Assembly: GCA_013265495.1 (NCBI GenBank)
Contig: MU058791.1
Location: 124,001-188,000, forward strand
Direction of reading: 5' to 3'
DNA from: Vicugna vicugna
Taxonomy: Eukaryota
DNA: 64,000 nucleotides
The notes below the pieces were generated by a model that was not told the DNA's origin, made no database searches, and saw only the letters and a list, made by a program, of their open reading frames with translations. Positions 52,980-64,000 of the stretch are shown here, one piece after another. Within the stretch, counting starts at the first letter, position 1, and each line of letters opens with the position of its first letter. The translations under genes were made by a program, and so were the position numbers.

Positions 52980-53997
52980 GAATCAAGTCAATGGGATTCA
53001 GTGGGGGGGTCACTGATGTGCTCTAAGTCTGGCCCTGAGTCAGGGGACGGGTTTCCAGTTCAGTTCTGGCTGCTTCCAGAGTGGACATGTTGAGCCATCA
53101 CCCTCTCCTGCTAAGAGAGAGGAAACTCGGATCTTGGTGTGTTGGAATCTCAGTCTTTTGACCACTCTGGGTATAGGGGAAGGTTTAACTTCTGTTCCCA
53201 GTCGGACTTCTGCCGGGATTCCTGTCAGTCTCAATACAAAATCCAGTACATGAATTTGAAGACTGGAGCCCTGGGGACAAGTAGTGGGTTTGCTTTTCCC
53301 AGATTCAATCAGAACCACTATGTAACTGAACTTTCCAGGGGGATTGTCTTTGGGAATTCCTGAAGCAGTCCTAGGGGCGGTATCGCATGTAAAGAGAAGG
53401 CATCAAGCAATCCATCTTAGAAGCCTGCTTTCTCTTCAGGGTTTCCACGGGGAGGCAATTTCACTCCAGCTGGGATCACCGGTTGCTTTCACATTTTTAA
53501 TTCTTTTGCCAGTTTTCCAGATGCCTTTGGAAATTCATGCTGACGGTTTTTTTTTTTCTCATTCCATTTTGAGTACTGAATATTTTCCTGCCACTACTTA
53601 AACTGGCATGAATAAAATATTCCTTTTCAGGATGATGATTTTCAAATTTTTTTTTAAAGAAAAGCAAAACACCCCAGTTGGTGAAGTTGGACAAGCCTTT
53701 TAAAACGTCCTCACACTGCCCGTGGGTGAATTTGGGAAGAGGGGTTCTGCCCTTCGATAGGCTGCAGAGGGTCACGGTCAGTGCTTTCTGGTGATATATG
53801 AAGGAACCAGTAGAGAACAGACAAATGTGAGTGAATGGAATCGAATCATTCAAGACTCAGAAGATGAGTCCCCTTCCTCAGAACCGTCTGGGCATCTGTA
53901 TTAATTTATGTGCTAGTTACTGTCCTTAACAATGATGTAGGTCTAAATGGGGAGCGAGTGTAAAATAACAAAAAATACTGGAGCCAAGTATAAAATA

Positions 53998-56900
53998 TTC
54001 CATCCACCTGTTCATTCATCCATTCAGGACATTTTTGTGCAGCTCTCACAACACATCAGGCCTTTGAGAAAGACAGACATCTTGCACTCAGGGGACTCAC
54101 CTCATCAGTGGGAAGAAAACTTACAAACCTAAATGACGGCCGCTGCTTTGTAAGAGGCACATTGGCAGGTAATGAGCGGCGGCGGGTCCCGAGTCCAGCG
54201 AGAGCAGCAGTGATTTTCTATTTTGTGCAGACGTTATTTTGTATATACTGTATATGATGACTTCGGTGAGCAGTGACTGTTCCAGAAGTGCTCGGGAAAA
54301 AACAGATTTCAGCGACACAGGCAACACAGCTACAGAAACAAGTGGTACAGGCTACAGCTGAACAGATGCGTCTCACTCAAGTGATGTTTGATAAAAACGA
54401 TTGCGTTTGAAGCTAAGGTTAAACAGCTTATGGAAGTGACAGGAGAAAATCAGGATGAATGCATAGTGGCTCTATGTGACTGTAATGGAGATATCAACAA
54501 AGCTATCAATATATTACTGGAAGGGAATTCAGACAACTTCATGGGAGACTGTAGGAGGGAAGAAGAAGAATTTTGGAAAAGAGAGTTTAGAAAACAAAGA
54601 GAATAGAGAGAAAAGTGAGAGAGAAGTGAATCATGGGCGTGGAAATAACAACTGGAAAGGAAGAGGTGGCAATCGTGGGAGCGAGTTTAGGGGCAAAGAG
54701 AATGGAATTGAGTGCAATCAAGGGGACAAGCCTTCAGACCGCGGAAAGCGAGCTCATGGTAGAGGATTTGGACGTGGCAGAGGGAGAGGGGCAGGAAGAT
54801 TCTCAGCCCAAGGCATGGGGACATCTGATCCTGTGGACTATTCAGATTCTCCATCTATAGATGGGTGTGGGACAAAACCAGTAGTTTGGGAAGCTGCTCA
54901 GAATGGTGCAGATAGGGGAACTGGGGTCTGGAAGAATTCTGTGAAACAGTGGACAACAGAAGACTGGACTGAAGTCTTTCTGAAACAAAGGTCTTCACTT
55001 CCTTGTCTGTTCCAGCAGAGAATCATGTCACACCTGGGCAAAGTGTTGATCTGGTAGCCTTGCTCCAGAAACCTCCTAGTCAAGCCTCAGAAGTCAGCTC
55101 CATTGAAACTTCCCAGCAGCAGGGTTTTGGCCAAGCCCTTATCTTCACGAATTCTGAGCACAACAGTCAGATGGCACCAGGGACTGGCAGTTCTACCACT
55201 GTCAACTCCTGTTCTCCTCAGAGCCTGTCATCCGTCCTTGGGTCAGGATTTGGAGAGCTTGCACCTTCAAAAATGGCAGACATCACCAGTTCCCAGATTT
55301 TGGACCAGCTGAAAGCTCTGAGTTTGGGCCAATTTGCCACCACCCTAAGTTCACAACAGAATAGTACAAGTCCCCCCACAGCCACTTCTTGGGACCTCAA
55401 GCCCTCAGCATCCCAGTCCTCAGTCCTTAGTCATTTTGACTTTGGATCTCAGCCCGAACCATCCACTGTTCTTAGCCAGTTGAGCCAGCGGCATCAGCAC
55501 CAGATGCTGGCAATCACTGTTCCTGCTGGGTTGGAGTCCTTTCCTTCCCAGGTGAAACTCCGAGAGTCAACAGCCAGAGACAGTAGTACCTCCACTGTGA
55601 ACAAACTTTTGCAGCTTCCAAGCATGACTGTCGAAAACATCGCTCTGTCTGCTCACCAACCACAGCCTAAACACATCAAGCTCCCTAAGCGGTGAATCCC
55701 TAAGCGGCGAATACCTCCAGATTCTAAGAACCCAGCTTCTGCAGTGGAAATGCCTGGTTCAACAGATGTCGCAGGATTAAATGTTCAGTTTGGTGCCTTG
55801 GAATTTGGATCAGAACCGTCTCTCTCTGAATTCGGATCAGCTGCAAGCAGTGAAAATAGTAGCCAGATTCGCATTAGCTTGTATTTGAAGTCTTCAAGTG
55901 ATTCTTTGAATATCTCTCTCCCAATGACCAGTGCAGCACAACTTCAGTGCTCACCTCCTCCAGCCTGACCAGCTCATCTCTGAGCCCCACTGGCCCAGTA
56001 ACCGCATCTTCCTCCTATGACCAGAGTCCTGTGCACAGCAAGACCGCATACCAGAGCTCTGTGAGTCTGTCAGAGTCGGCTCCAGGAACCGTCCCGAATG
56101 GACATGGTAGTTGAAGTCAGCAGACAATAGACACTTCTTCATCCGTTCCAGCTCCAGAGACAGCCCCGCCCTCTGCCCTCTCATCTGTGGGCTCCCTGCC
56201 CAGCACCACCTCCTGCACTCCACTTCTGCCCACCACGTCCCAGCACACTGCCACTCTGCCTGCCTTGTCCCAGCCTGGTGACCTGTCTGGCAGCCCCCTC
56301 TCTCAGCTAAGTAGCTCCCTCTCCAGCCATCAGAGCAGCCTCCCATCTGCGCACACAGCCCTCTCCTCCAGCGCAGCACACACACATGTCAGCGTGGAGA
56401 GCGCCCTCCCCTCCAGTCGTCAGCCACCTTCTCCACACCAGCAGCCTCTGCCTCAAGTGCCCCGTCCTCAGGGCTCAGCCTGCCGAGCAGCATGAGTGCA
56501 GTGCACAGCCTCCGCCTGGGCGGTACCGCCGTGAGTGCCCCCAGCGGCAGTGCCGGGGCCACGCCGTTGGTGACCTTAGGCAAAGCACCCCCTAACCTGC
56601 CCCAGGGGGTGCCTCCCCTGCTGCACAATCAGTACCTCGTAGGCCCCGCAGGACTGCTTCCCGCCCACCCGATCTATGGCCACGACGAGCTCCAGATGCC
56701 GCAGTCACGGCTGCCAGTGGATTTACTGTGGGATTCCTTTTGCTACACCCACAGCCCTTGCCAGTCGAGATGGGAGCCTCACTTATAACCCATATTCAGG
56801 TGATGTCGTGAAGTTTGGTCCAGGTGACTCTGCATCCCCTGTGCCCCCCACCACACTGGCTCAGCCACAGCAGAGCCAGTCGCAGCCCCACCACACAGCC

Positions 56901-58300
56901 AGCAGCCCTTTCTGAATCCTGTGCTGCCACCTGGCTACAGCTACACTGGCCTCCCCTACTACACAAGCGTGCCCAGTGCCTTCCAGTACGGGCCCACCAT
57001 GTTTGTCCCTCCAGCCTCAGCCAAGCAGCATGGTGTGAGCCTCAGCACCTCCCCCACCCCTTTCCAGCAGGCCGGTGGTTACGGCCAGCACAGCTACGGC
57101 GCAGGTTATGACGACCTGACCCAGGGGACAGCAGCGGGAGACTACACCAAGGGTGGCTGTGGTGGATCATTGCAGGCACAGAACAAGTCTGCAGGTTCTG
57201 GGCCTGGCAAAGGAGTGTCCGCATCTTCAAGCACCAGTGGTCTCCCTGATATGACTGGTTCTGTCTACAACAAGACTCAGTATTTTGACAAGCAAGGATT
57301 TCATGCAGGGACCCCTCCACCGTTCAGCTTGCCCTTGGCCTTGGGCTCCACCGGGCCCCTGGCTCCTGGTGCAGCCCCTGGTTATGCACCCCCACTGTTC
57401 TTGCACATCCTGCCCGCCCACCAGCAGCCTCACTCACAGCTGTTACACCACCACCTGCCGCAGGATGCTCAGCGTGGCTCCGGTCAGCGCAGCCAGCCCA
57501 GCTCCCTGCAGCCCAAGTCACAAGCCTCCAAACCTGCCTACGGCAGGGAAGCTTCCCTTTTAAAAAAATTGAAGATGCTCTTTCATCTCAATGAGAGCAT
57601 GTCTCCAAGCAAAGACTCCTGTATTTTGGTTGTCCTAAACCAGGTGGGCGACTGTTTCAGAGGTTTTCTCTTTTGCCCAACTCCATCTAATAAAATCTGA
57701 GAGCCAAAAAAAACCTAAATGACTACCATAAAATTTAGAGAAGTAATAAATTCCACGAGAGAGAGAAAGCAAAGAGAATTTAAACCCAGCATTCTTCTAT
57801 ATATTATCCCCCTTTATCCTCATCCCCGCAGGGAGATCGGTTCAGAGATGTTAATTCTCTGACACAGCGACATTGAGCTAGGAAGCCACAGGGCTAGGGT
57901 GGGGCACTCCCGGTGGGGCACTCCTCTGCCTCCCCTACGCAGAGATGCAAGGTGTGTGAGTTCAGGCACGGAGACGTGAACTCCATCTGCAGGGGAGCCC
58001 TAGGGGACCAGTTAGAGGAGGAGACAGCCCTTGAGGCTTGCAGGGATGTCCATCTTTGGAGGCAGGAACCACGGGCAGGATGAACAGACCAGGGCCGAGC
58101 ACCACATGGGCGATGGGAGGGTTGCCATCCAGGGTGGGACTCAGGTGGGTGTGAGGGATGCATGAAAGAGCCAGTAGGAAGTAAGGTTAGAAAGATCAGT
58201 AAGGGGTCAGGTCATGATTCATTTTGAGTTCTAGGCTAAAATGTTTCTAATTTTAGCTGGTGATGCAAGCCATTAGAATATCCAGGATGTGGTGATACAA
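53998..58300 (-). mobile_element. Degraded L2 split by the UBAP2 retrocopy
   Basis: ttcattcatccattca...ttgcactcaggggactcac before 54125; L2-like purine-rich continuation after 57723 (agcccttgagg..; ggggtcaggtcatg; aagccattag). Confidence 0.5.
54138..57710 (+). pseudogene. UBAP2: UBAP2 processed pseudogene (retrocopy), near full length, in CAMK1D intron 1
   Basis: Intronless. ATG ATG ACT TCG GTG (MMTSVSSD) at 54254. ORF fragments match the UBAP2 UBA domain (FEAKVKQLMEVTG..QDECIVAL..CNGD.NKAINILLEG), RGG region, EMPGS..GLNVQFGALEFGSE and the C-terminal PPGYSYTGLPYY..QPKSQASKPAYG. Multiple frameshifts plus stops at 55693 and 56112. AATAAA 57689-57694, short A-tail 57706-57710, perfect TSD AAACCTAAATGAC at 54125-54137 and 57711-57723. 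Confidence 0.96.
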
Positions 58301-58313
58301 ACTACTAGAATGT

Positions 58314-58540
58314 AATAAATTGGGAGTTCAAGATCTGCAAATATTAACTACTATCTATAAAATAGATAAACAACAGACTACTTCTGTGTAGCACAGGGGA
58401 CTATATTCAATACCTTGTGGTAACCTATAATGAAAAAGAAAAAGAAAATGAATCTATGAATGTGTATGTATACATATGAAACATTATGCTGTACACCAGA
58501 AATGGACACATTGTAATCTGATTATGTGTCAATAAAAAAA
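58314..58540 (+). mobile_element. Young L1 3' end
   Basis: ataaattgggagttcaagat...gcacagggg.ctatattcaatacc...gctgtacaccagaaatggacac..caataaaaaaa. Confidence 0.88.
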
Positions 58541-58844
58541 GAATGAAATATTCTAATGTTAGAATACTAGAAATCGACCTCAGGTCTGGGGTAGGGGACC
58601 CTGGAGCTGGGAGGTCCTGCAGGCTGGGAGCAGAGCTGGGAGGCTGGCACAGATGTCCCACAGAGGCAGGGCTGGAGGGGACGGCACAGGGAGAGAGCTG
58701 CTTCACCTGGGATCTGGGACAAGCAGGGCTGGGTTCTGGTGCTGTCCCAAGGGACCTTCCCATTGCAGCCAGTGCCTCTCCAGTTTGACTCAGGTGTAAT
58801 TTCTAGCTCCTTCCTGATGGTAGCTAGGATGGTTCTTGGTTTTT

Positions 58845-58975
58845 ATGTAAACACCTAGCGCATAATCACCTTTTGTTCTAAGTGCTTTACAGAAACTCAT
58901 TCACTTTTAATGACTCCCCTGTAGAGTAGACTCTGATGATTATTCCCATTTTACAGATGAGGAAATGCAGGCCAT
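58845..58975 (-). mobile_element. MIR fragment
   Basis: gttctaagtgctttac...attattcccattttacagatgaggaaa. Confidence 0.75.
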
Positions 58976-60799
58976 GATCAGATCTTTACTTTAAGCCCGG
59001 CCCTCATTTTGGTGTTGACAGTACATTGGAGATTCACATTTTACTGCCTTCCCCTGTGTTCCGACTCTTTCTCTTCCTAAAAGGAAACAATTATTTATTG
59101 TGTCCATTATTTTACTCTGTTGGCTGCTTGATCCACACGGTGGAGGCATCTAGAATGAGATTGGCCGTGGGGTTTTACATGACATTGAATTAGAACTGCT
59201 GACCCAGGAGGATGAGAGGATATTGGAGTGGGAATGTCCAGACAGGTCATCTGCGAACTCAGTTTTGGTCCAGCCTTTCCAATGCAGAGATGGGGAGGGA
59301 TGTGGGGAGGTCAGGTGGTCTACAAGGGCCATCAAGGTAGGGCTGGGATGCAGGGCTTCTGACATCTAGTGCCGAGACGAATGTTCTACTATGTTAGGAG
59401 AAACTTCCTAAAGAGTAGTCTTCAGTAGCCCGCAGCCCAGGCTTCTTAAACGGGCATCCAGGGTGGACTGTCCAGGGTGGACTGTCGAGATGGGGGATGC
59501 TGGGCATGGCCCTGGGGCCTAAGTGGCCTGGCAGGGAGTAGCGGAGGGATCTCTTCCTCTCACTGCTACTGTCCTCTCTTTACTCTCCTTTCATCTTCAT
59601 TGTCTTCCTTCTTTTGTCTTGAAATGAAGAACTTTGGGAATTGTTGCCAAAATTGTTATTTTTCTGATGGGTGCTATTGAGGGTTTTTTTTTTCTCAATA
59701 TGTTAGCACTGTGTCCACTGACAGTGTGTTCACATTCTGTTGCTCTGGAATTTCCAGGAGGGTCTCCTCCTTCATCTCCTTTTTGCTGAAAAAAGCAGCC
59801 CTCCACTAGAGACACTGCCTTTCCTTCCAGGCCCCCACGGAGCAGGGGCTGTGCGGACAGTGTTTACTTTTGCTCTGGCTTCTTATCTCTGCTTCTGTTC
59901 TGGGCCTCAGCTGGGCAGATCCTTGACATGGCCTTAAACAAGCACTTAAAATCTTGCTGGAGTTCAGAGCCAGAGTCGGGTTCCTTGCCCCGTCGCCGGT
60001 TCCTCCGGGCGGTGCCCTGTGCTCTCCTTCCGCAACTGTTGCTGGCTGGGTCCCGGAGTTCAAGGCCACATCGGCTGCCGTGGGCACTGCCCATAGGGCA
60101 GGCCGCCTGCCTGCCTTGCGCTTTTCCCCAGGCTCACGTTTTTAACTCAAGTGTCATCCCTGGGAATTGAATTATGGGCCCAGGAAGAAGCAGGTTTTCT
60201 GCGGCATCTCCACGTTTGGCTTGCAGCTGTGTTTGTGTGATCTTAAGACAATTTCTCTCTCATCTCAAACGTGGTCCGATGGCTGACCCAGCTCAGCTGT
60301 CGCTGCCGGTAATCTTGGTTTTAATTAATCTTTCAAAGAAACAGATTAAGCTGATTGCTTCACAAGCTGCGTTTTGGTGTGCGTACCTATCAGCTGCCTT
60401 CCAGAAGTGATTAAAAGAAGAAATTTTGTATGGGCTTTTATGCCCACTTAAGATTATTTTTGGATCTTGTCTCAATGGTTTATTTCCATCTTCTGCCTGT
60501 TTTAAACAGAAAAACTGGAAATGAGGAGAGGGGCTGGCTTTGTCTCAGTCTGGGTGTCCTTAGCTTTGGGACATCTTTGCTCCTGTCTGCCTGGTTGGCC
60601 ATCTCCCAAGGAGCCTTCCCAAGGCAGACAATCGGGTTGACATCACTGAAGTCACACCTTGTGTTGATTTCAGGGGATGCTTCTAGTCCTGTCCTCTCTT
60701 TAGCCCCAAGCGTCCACAAATAAAGCATCTATTCCTGACCTACCCAAGCCAAGGTGCATGACCGCTGCACCCGAGGTCTAACTCCAGCCCTGGATTTCA

Positions 60800-60955
60800 C
60801 AGACAGGGTTGCAAGTTTGTCTCCTGGTCTGTGGCCCTCTAGGCTGTCCTCCTGGAGGGCAGGTGTAGAGTTTCCACCATCTCTGGATCCCCAGGGCCCA
60901 GGATAGCGCCTGGCCCAGCCCAAGCTGTTCAGTGAGGGCTTTTTTGAATGAGTGC
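60800..60955 (+). mobile_element. L2 3' end
   Basis: ctaggctgtcctcctggagggcagg...atccccagggcccagg..gcctggc...tgaatgagtg. Confidence 0.55.
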
Positions 60956-61002
60956 ATCTCCTTTAAGTCTATGGGAAAGTTGACAAAGGATGCTAAGTGT
61001 TG

Positions 61003-61166
61003 TTCAGAGAGTCAAGGTAGAAAAGATGTTGGCCTGCAGCTATGTTTTGTTTGGCCTGCACGCTGTTTTAAAAAATTTTTGAACCAATAGATTAAAAAAA
61101 AATCAATTGTACATGGAAAAATTCAGATTTCCAGCTTCTCTTGCAAAATGTTAAGACCTGGAACTG
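61003..61166. mobile_element. MER103-type hAT-Charlie fragment
   Basis: tgttttgtttggcctgcac..tgttttaaaaaattt...aaaaattcagatttccagcttctcttg..aagacctgg. Confidence 0.6.
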
Positions 61167-61236
61167 AGGGGTAACCTACCCTCGGAGGGGGCTGTACGGT
61201 GCCTTTAACTCACCTAATGCCTAAAATCATTTGGTC

Positions 61237-61284
61237 AAAAAAGAAAAGAAAAGAATAGAAAAGAAAAGAAAAGAAAAGAAAAGA
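61237..61284. repeat. (AAAAG)n microsatellite
   Basis: About nine AAAAG units with one variant. Confidence 0.95.
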
Positions 61285-61289
61285 ATCTG

Positions 61290-61580
61290 CCTCCTCACAT
61301 ATTTTGAGTTGATAGCTAAGATTTTTCATTGTAATTTAAGAGTTGCAAAGGATGTTATTTCCAGCTTATTGTGAATAGTGACATCTCTAAATAAAACAAT
61401 TCCATCATTCTCTTCAGTATAACCAGTGGAATCTAAATACCATAGAGACTGATTGATACCATTGTCATTCCTGTAAAAAGTGCTTAAATAGACTCCTCTT
61501 TAACCATTGGAATTGCTACCTCATTCTCTTTTTAATTTGAATTCATATTCTATCCCCACAGAATGTTATCCTTGGGTGTT
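61290..61580. mobile_element. Probable ancient hAT-Charlie-type DNA transposon remnant
   Basis: agttgcaaaggatgt..tttccagc..ccagtggaatctaaataccatag...ccccacagaat.ttatcct resembles a recalled eutherian repeat; family uncertain. Confidence 0.35.
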
Positions 61581-62312
61581 GCACGAAGTACGTCTCTCCC
61601 TGTCAATTAAATTTCCTGTGGCTATAAGGGCCTCTGAAAAGCCCTTGTATTTACGTTACTGGGGTTGATTACTATTATATCTTTGAATGAAATATTAACG
61701 CATTACAGATGCCCATAAATATATTAAAAGGAGAAGGTAATGTTGACTTGGAAATGTATCTCCTAATGAAATGCTGGGAGCTCTTTGTCGTCTTTTATTT
61801 TTTTTTTTTGCAATTGTTTTCTGTATATTACTTATTGCTGGAATAAGAAGAGTCAACATTAGTTCATTCGTGTTTTTGTGTTTTAATGGATGTCAGCACA
61901 TAGAAATCGTGTATAACTAAATAGGTAAAGGAGACTAGGGGTTATGTTATAGTGGTCCTGCTTTTGGGGGGGATCTCTTTCTGAGTCAAATGCCAAGTTA
62001 TTACCCCGTTGCCTCCAAAGTTAGCTGCTGCCATTAGTTTCTTCCTTTTCAGCAGGTAGAGAATTGGAATTGTGTTGGAATCGTCTGGGGGTTGAGGGGT
62101 GGGGTGCCGCCGCACCGTCCACATGCCCGAGACTCTGGTATGAGGGAGGGGGAGGTGTTCCCCAAGAACACCCAGGAGGAGGAAAGATGAGGCTTGGTGC
62201 TGGACTGGGGCTCTTCCGGGGCTGAGTCACACCTGGGGAGTCACACCGGGGCTGAGTTCTGTCGGGTCCTCTCAACCTGGTCCTGCTAACATTTTAAAGA
62301 TAACACAGATGT

Positions 62313-62913
62313 CAGTCAGTCTTTGTCATCCCCAGATTCTATATCTGCGAATTCACCCACTCACTCAGATGTATTTGTATCCCCCCAAAACAACACCTGT
62401 GACACCTCTGAGTTCCCTTGAGGCCATGAGCAGAGCAGGGAAAAATCCGAGTTGCCTGCTGCATGTGTTCTCAGCACAGGTGGGACAGGGTGATGCTCTG
62501 CCTTCGGTCCAGCCCTCGCTGTAACAGGTGACCCCTTTGTGGTCCTTTTAAGGCCATGTTTTTTGCTGGTGACATCTCTGTTTAAAACAGTGCCCAAGTG
62601 CAGCGCTGCATGCTGCTTAGCGCTCCTGGGTGCAGGGAGGCTGGGATGTTCCTCACGGAGGAAATGACATCTGCTGGATAAGCTCCCTTCAGTGCTGTTG
62701 GCCCCGAGTTCACTGTCACCAAACCAGCAAATATATGAAATAAGATGTCTTATTTACAGTGATGCACTGATTGGTTGATGAAGGTACTGGGACCAGAGAC
62801 TCGCAGGAACCCAATTCCGTGTTTCCCTTGGGAGCAGTGGCTCAGAATTTGCAAATTCAGTGTTCACGGTGTTTTTATAGGACATAACTACTGTGACTCA
62901 CAGAAATAGGCAG
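62313..62913 (+). mobile_element. MER82 (TcMar-Tigger) DNA transposon, near full length
   Basis: gcgaattcac..actc...gctctgccttc...ctgtttaaaa...gataagct...gaccagagactcgcaggaacc...attcagtgttcacgg...acataactac. Confidence 0.85.
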
Positions 62914-63009
62914 AGTCATTTGCACGTGCATGTCACAACATTAGAAACAAAAAATTTCTGAATAACGTCTAATTGGGCAGGTTTTTCACTCAGAATATGC
63001 AGTATTTTA

Positions 63010-63682
63010 TTTAATTAATTAATTTTTAATTAATTATATAGAAGTACAGTTACAATGTGTTCATTTCTGGTGTACATCACAATGTTCCAGTCATGCATAT
63101 ACATACATATATTCATTTTCGTCACTTTTTCATTAAAGGTTATTACAAGATATTGAACATAGTTCCCTGTGCTATACAGAAGAAACTTAAAAAAAAGTCT
63201 ATTTTTATATACAGTGGCTAACACTTGTAAATCTCAAACTCCCAAATTTATCCCTTCCCACCCTCTTTCCCTGGTAACCATAAGACTGTTTACTATGTCT
63301 GCAAGTCTGTTTCTGTTTTGTAGATGAGTTCATAGTGTCCTTTTTTTTTTCTTTTAGTTTCTACATATAAGTGGTATCTTTTGGTATTTTTCTTTCTCTT
63401 TCTGGCTTACTTTACTTAGAATGATGATCTCTAGGTCCATCCATGTTGCTGCAAATGGCATTATTTTATTCTTTCTTACGGCTGAGTAGTATGCCGCTGT
63501 ATAAATATACCACAACTTCTTCATCCAGTCATCTGTCAATGCACAGTTAGGTTATTGTATTGTATTTGGCTGCTGTATTTGGCACTTCTGTGAACATTGG
63601 GGTGCATGTATCTTTTCAAATTAGAGTTCCCTCTGGATATATACCCAGAAATGGGACTGCTGGATCATACAGTAGGTCTGTT
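63010..63682 (-). mobile_element. Young L1 3' end
   Basis: ORF 63354-63539 reads WMKKLWYIYT..YYSA..KNKIMPFAATWMDLEIIILS (ORF2 C-terminus), plus 3'UTR. Confidence 0.93.
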
Positions 63683-63791
63683 TATTTTATTTTTACAAGA
63701 TAAAGTGGTTCCCTAATAGGTGTGGTATCCATTAGTGAATCTTTAGAGTTCACCCAAAGAAAAGTGTTCTCATCATGGGAAATGCCTTTGC

Positions 63792-64000
63792 TTTTTTTTT
63801 TTTTTTTAAATTGAAAGATAGTTGATTTACAGTGTTGTGTTAGGTTCTGGTGTACAGCATAGTGATTCAGTTATACATATATATTCTTTTTCATGTTCTT
63901 TTTATAGGTTATTACAAGTTATTGAATACAGTTCCCCAGGCTATACATTAGGACCTTGTTGTTTATCTATTCTGTATACAGTAGTTTGTATCTGCTAATC
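63792..64000 (-). mobile_element. Young L1 3' end (runs off window)
   Basis: T-run 63792-63807, then gatagttgatttacagtgttgtg...ctggtgtacagcatagtgattcag...ttgttgtttatctatt. Confidence 0.9.

Noticed and set aside
54169..54230. GT..AG mini-intron in the retrocopy 5' UTR (CAG|GTAATG ... GCAG)
   Set aside because: Only 62 nt, shorter than typical mammalian introns, and it looks like retained parental 5' UTR.
54254..57700. Functional full-length UBAP2 retrogene
   Set aside because: Frameshift within the first ~17 codons and many later frameshifts and stops.
58541..58575. Possible short 3' transduction after the 58.3 kb L1
   Set aside because: Candidate TSD (tactagaa) is too short and ambiguous.

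Overview
Mammalian genomic DNA, most likely camelid (camel/alpaca/llama). This rests on four tRNA-Ala-derived Vic-1-type SINEs and cetartiodactyl-type L1 tails, with no Alu, BovB or PRE-1 seen. The only real gene I can support is CAMK1D on the + strand: a CpG-island promoter (~23.6-25.6 kb), coding exon 1 (24879-24970, [31 protein letters not shown]) and the first ~39 kb of intron 1. Intron 1 holds a near full-length, sense-oriented UBAP2 processed pseudogene (54138-57710, 13-bp TSD). That copy appears to skip an exon, has a rearranged 3' end starting at a 14-bp palindrome, and carries both an acceptor-like AG and a polyA signal, so it could act as a gene trap. Upstream of the gene is a U6 snRNA-L1 chimeric retrocopy (18294-18827, perfect 18-bp TSD). 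The rest is a layered TE record: many 5'-truncated L1 tails (two candidate 3' transductions, one twin-primed inversion), HAL1/L1M, MIR, L2, two solo LTRs, MLT1A, Tigger1, MER45A, MER63, MER82 and MER103. I found no convincing new protein-coding system. The best leads are the retrotransposition fossils and a few candidate enhancers. Family names and reference comparisons come from memory, not database searches, and boundaries of old repeats are approximate.
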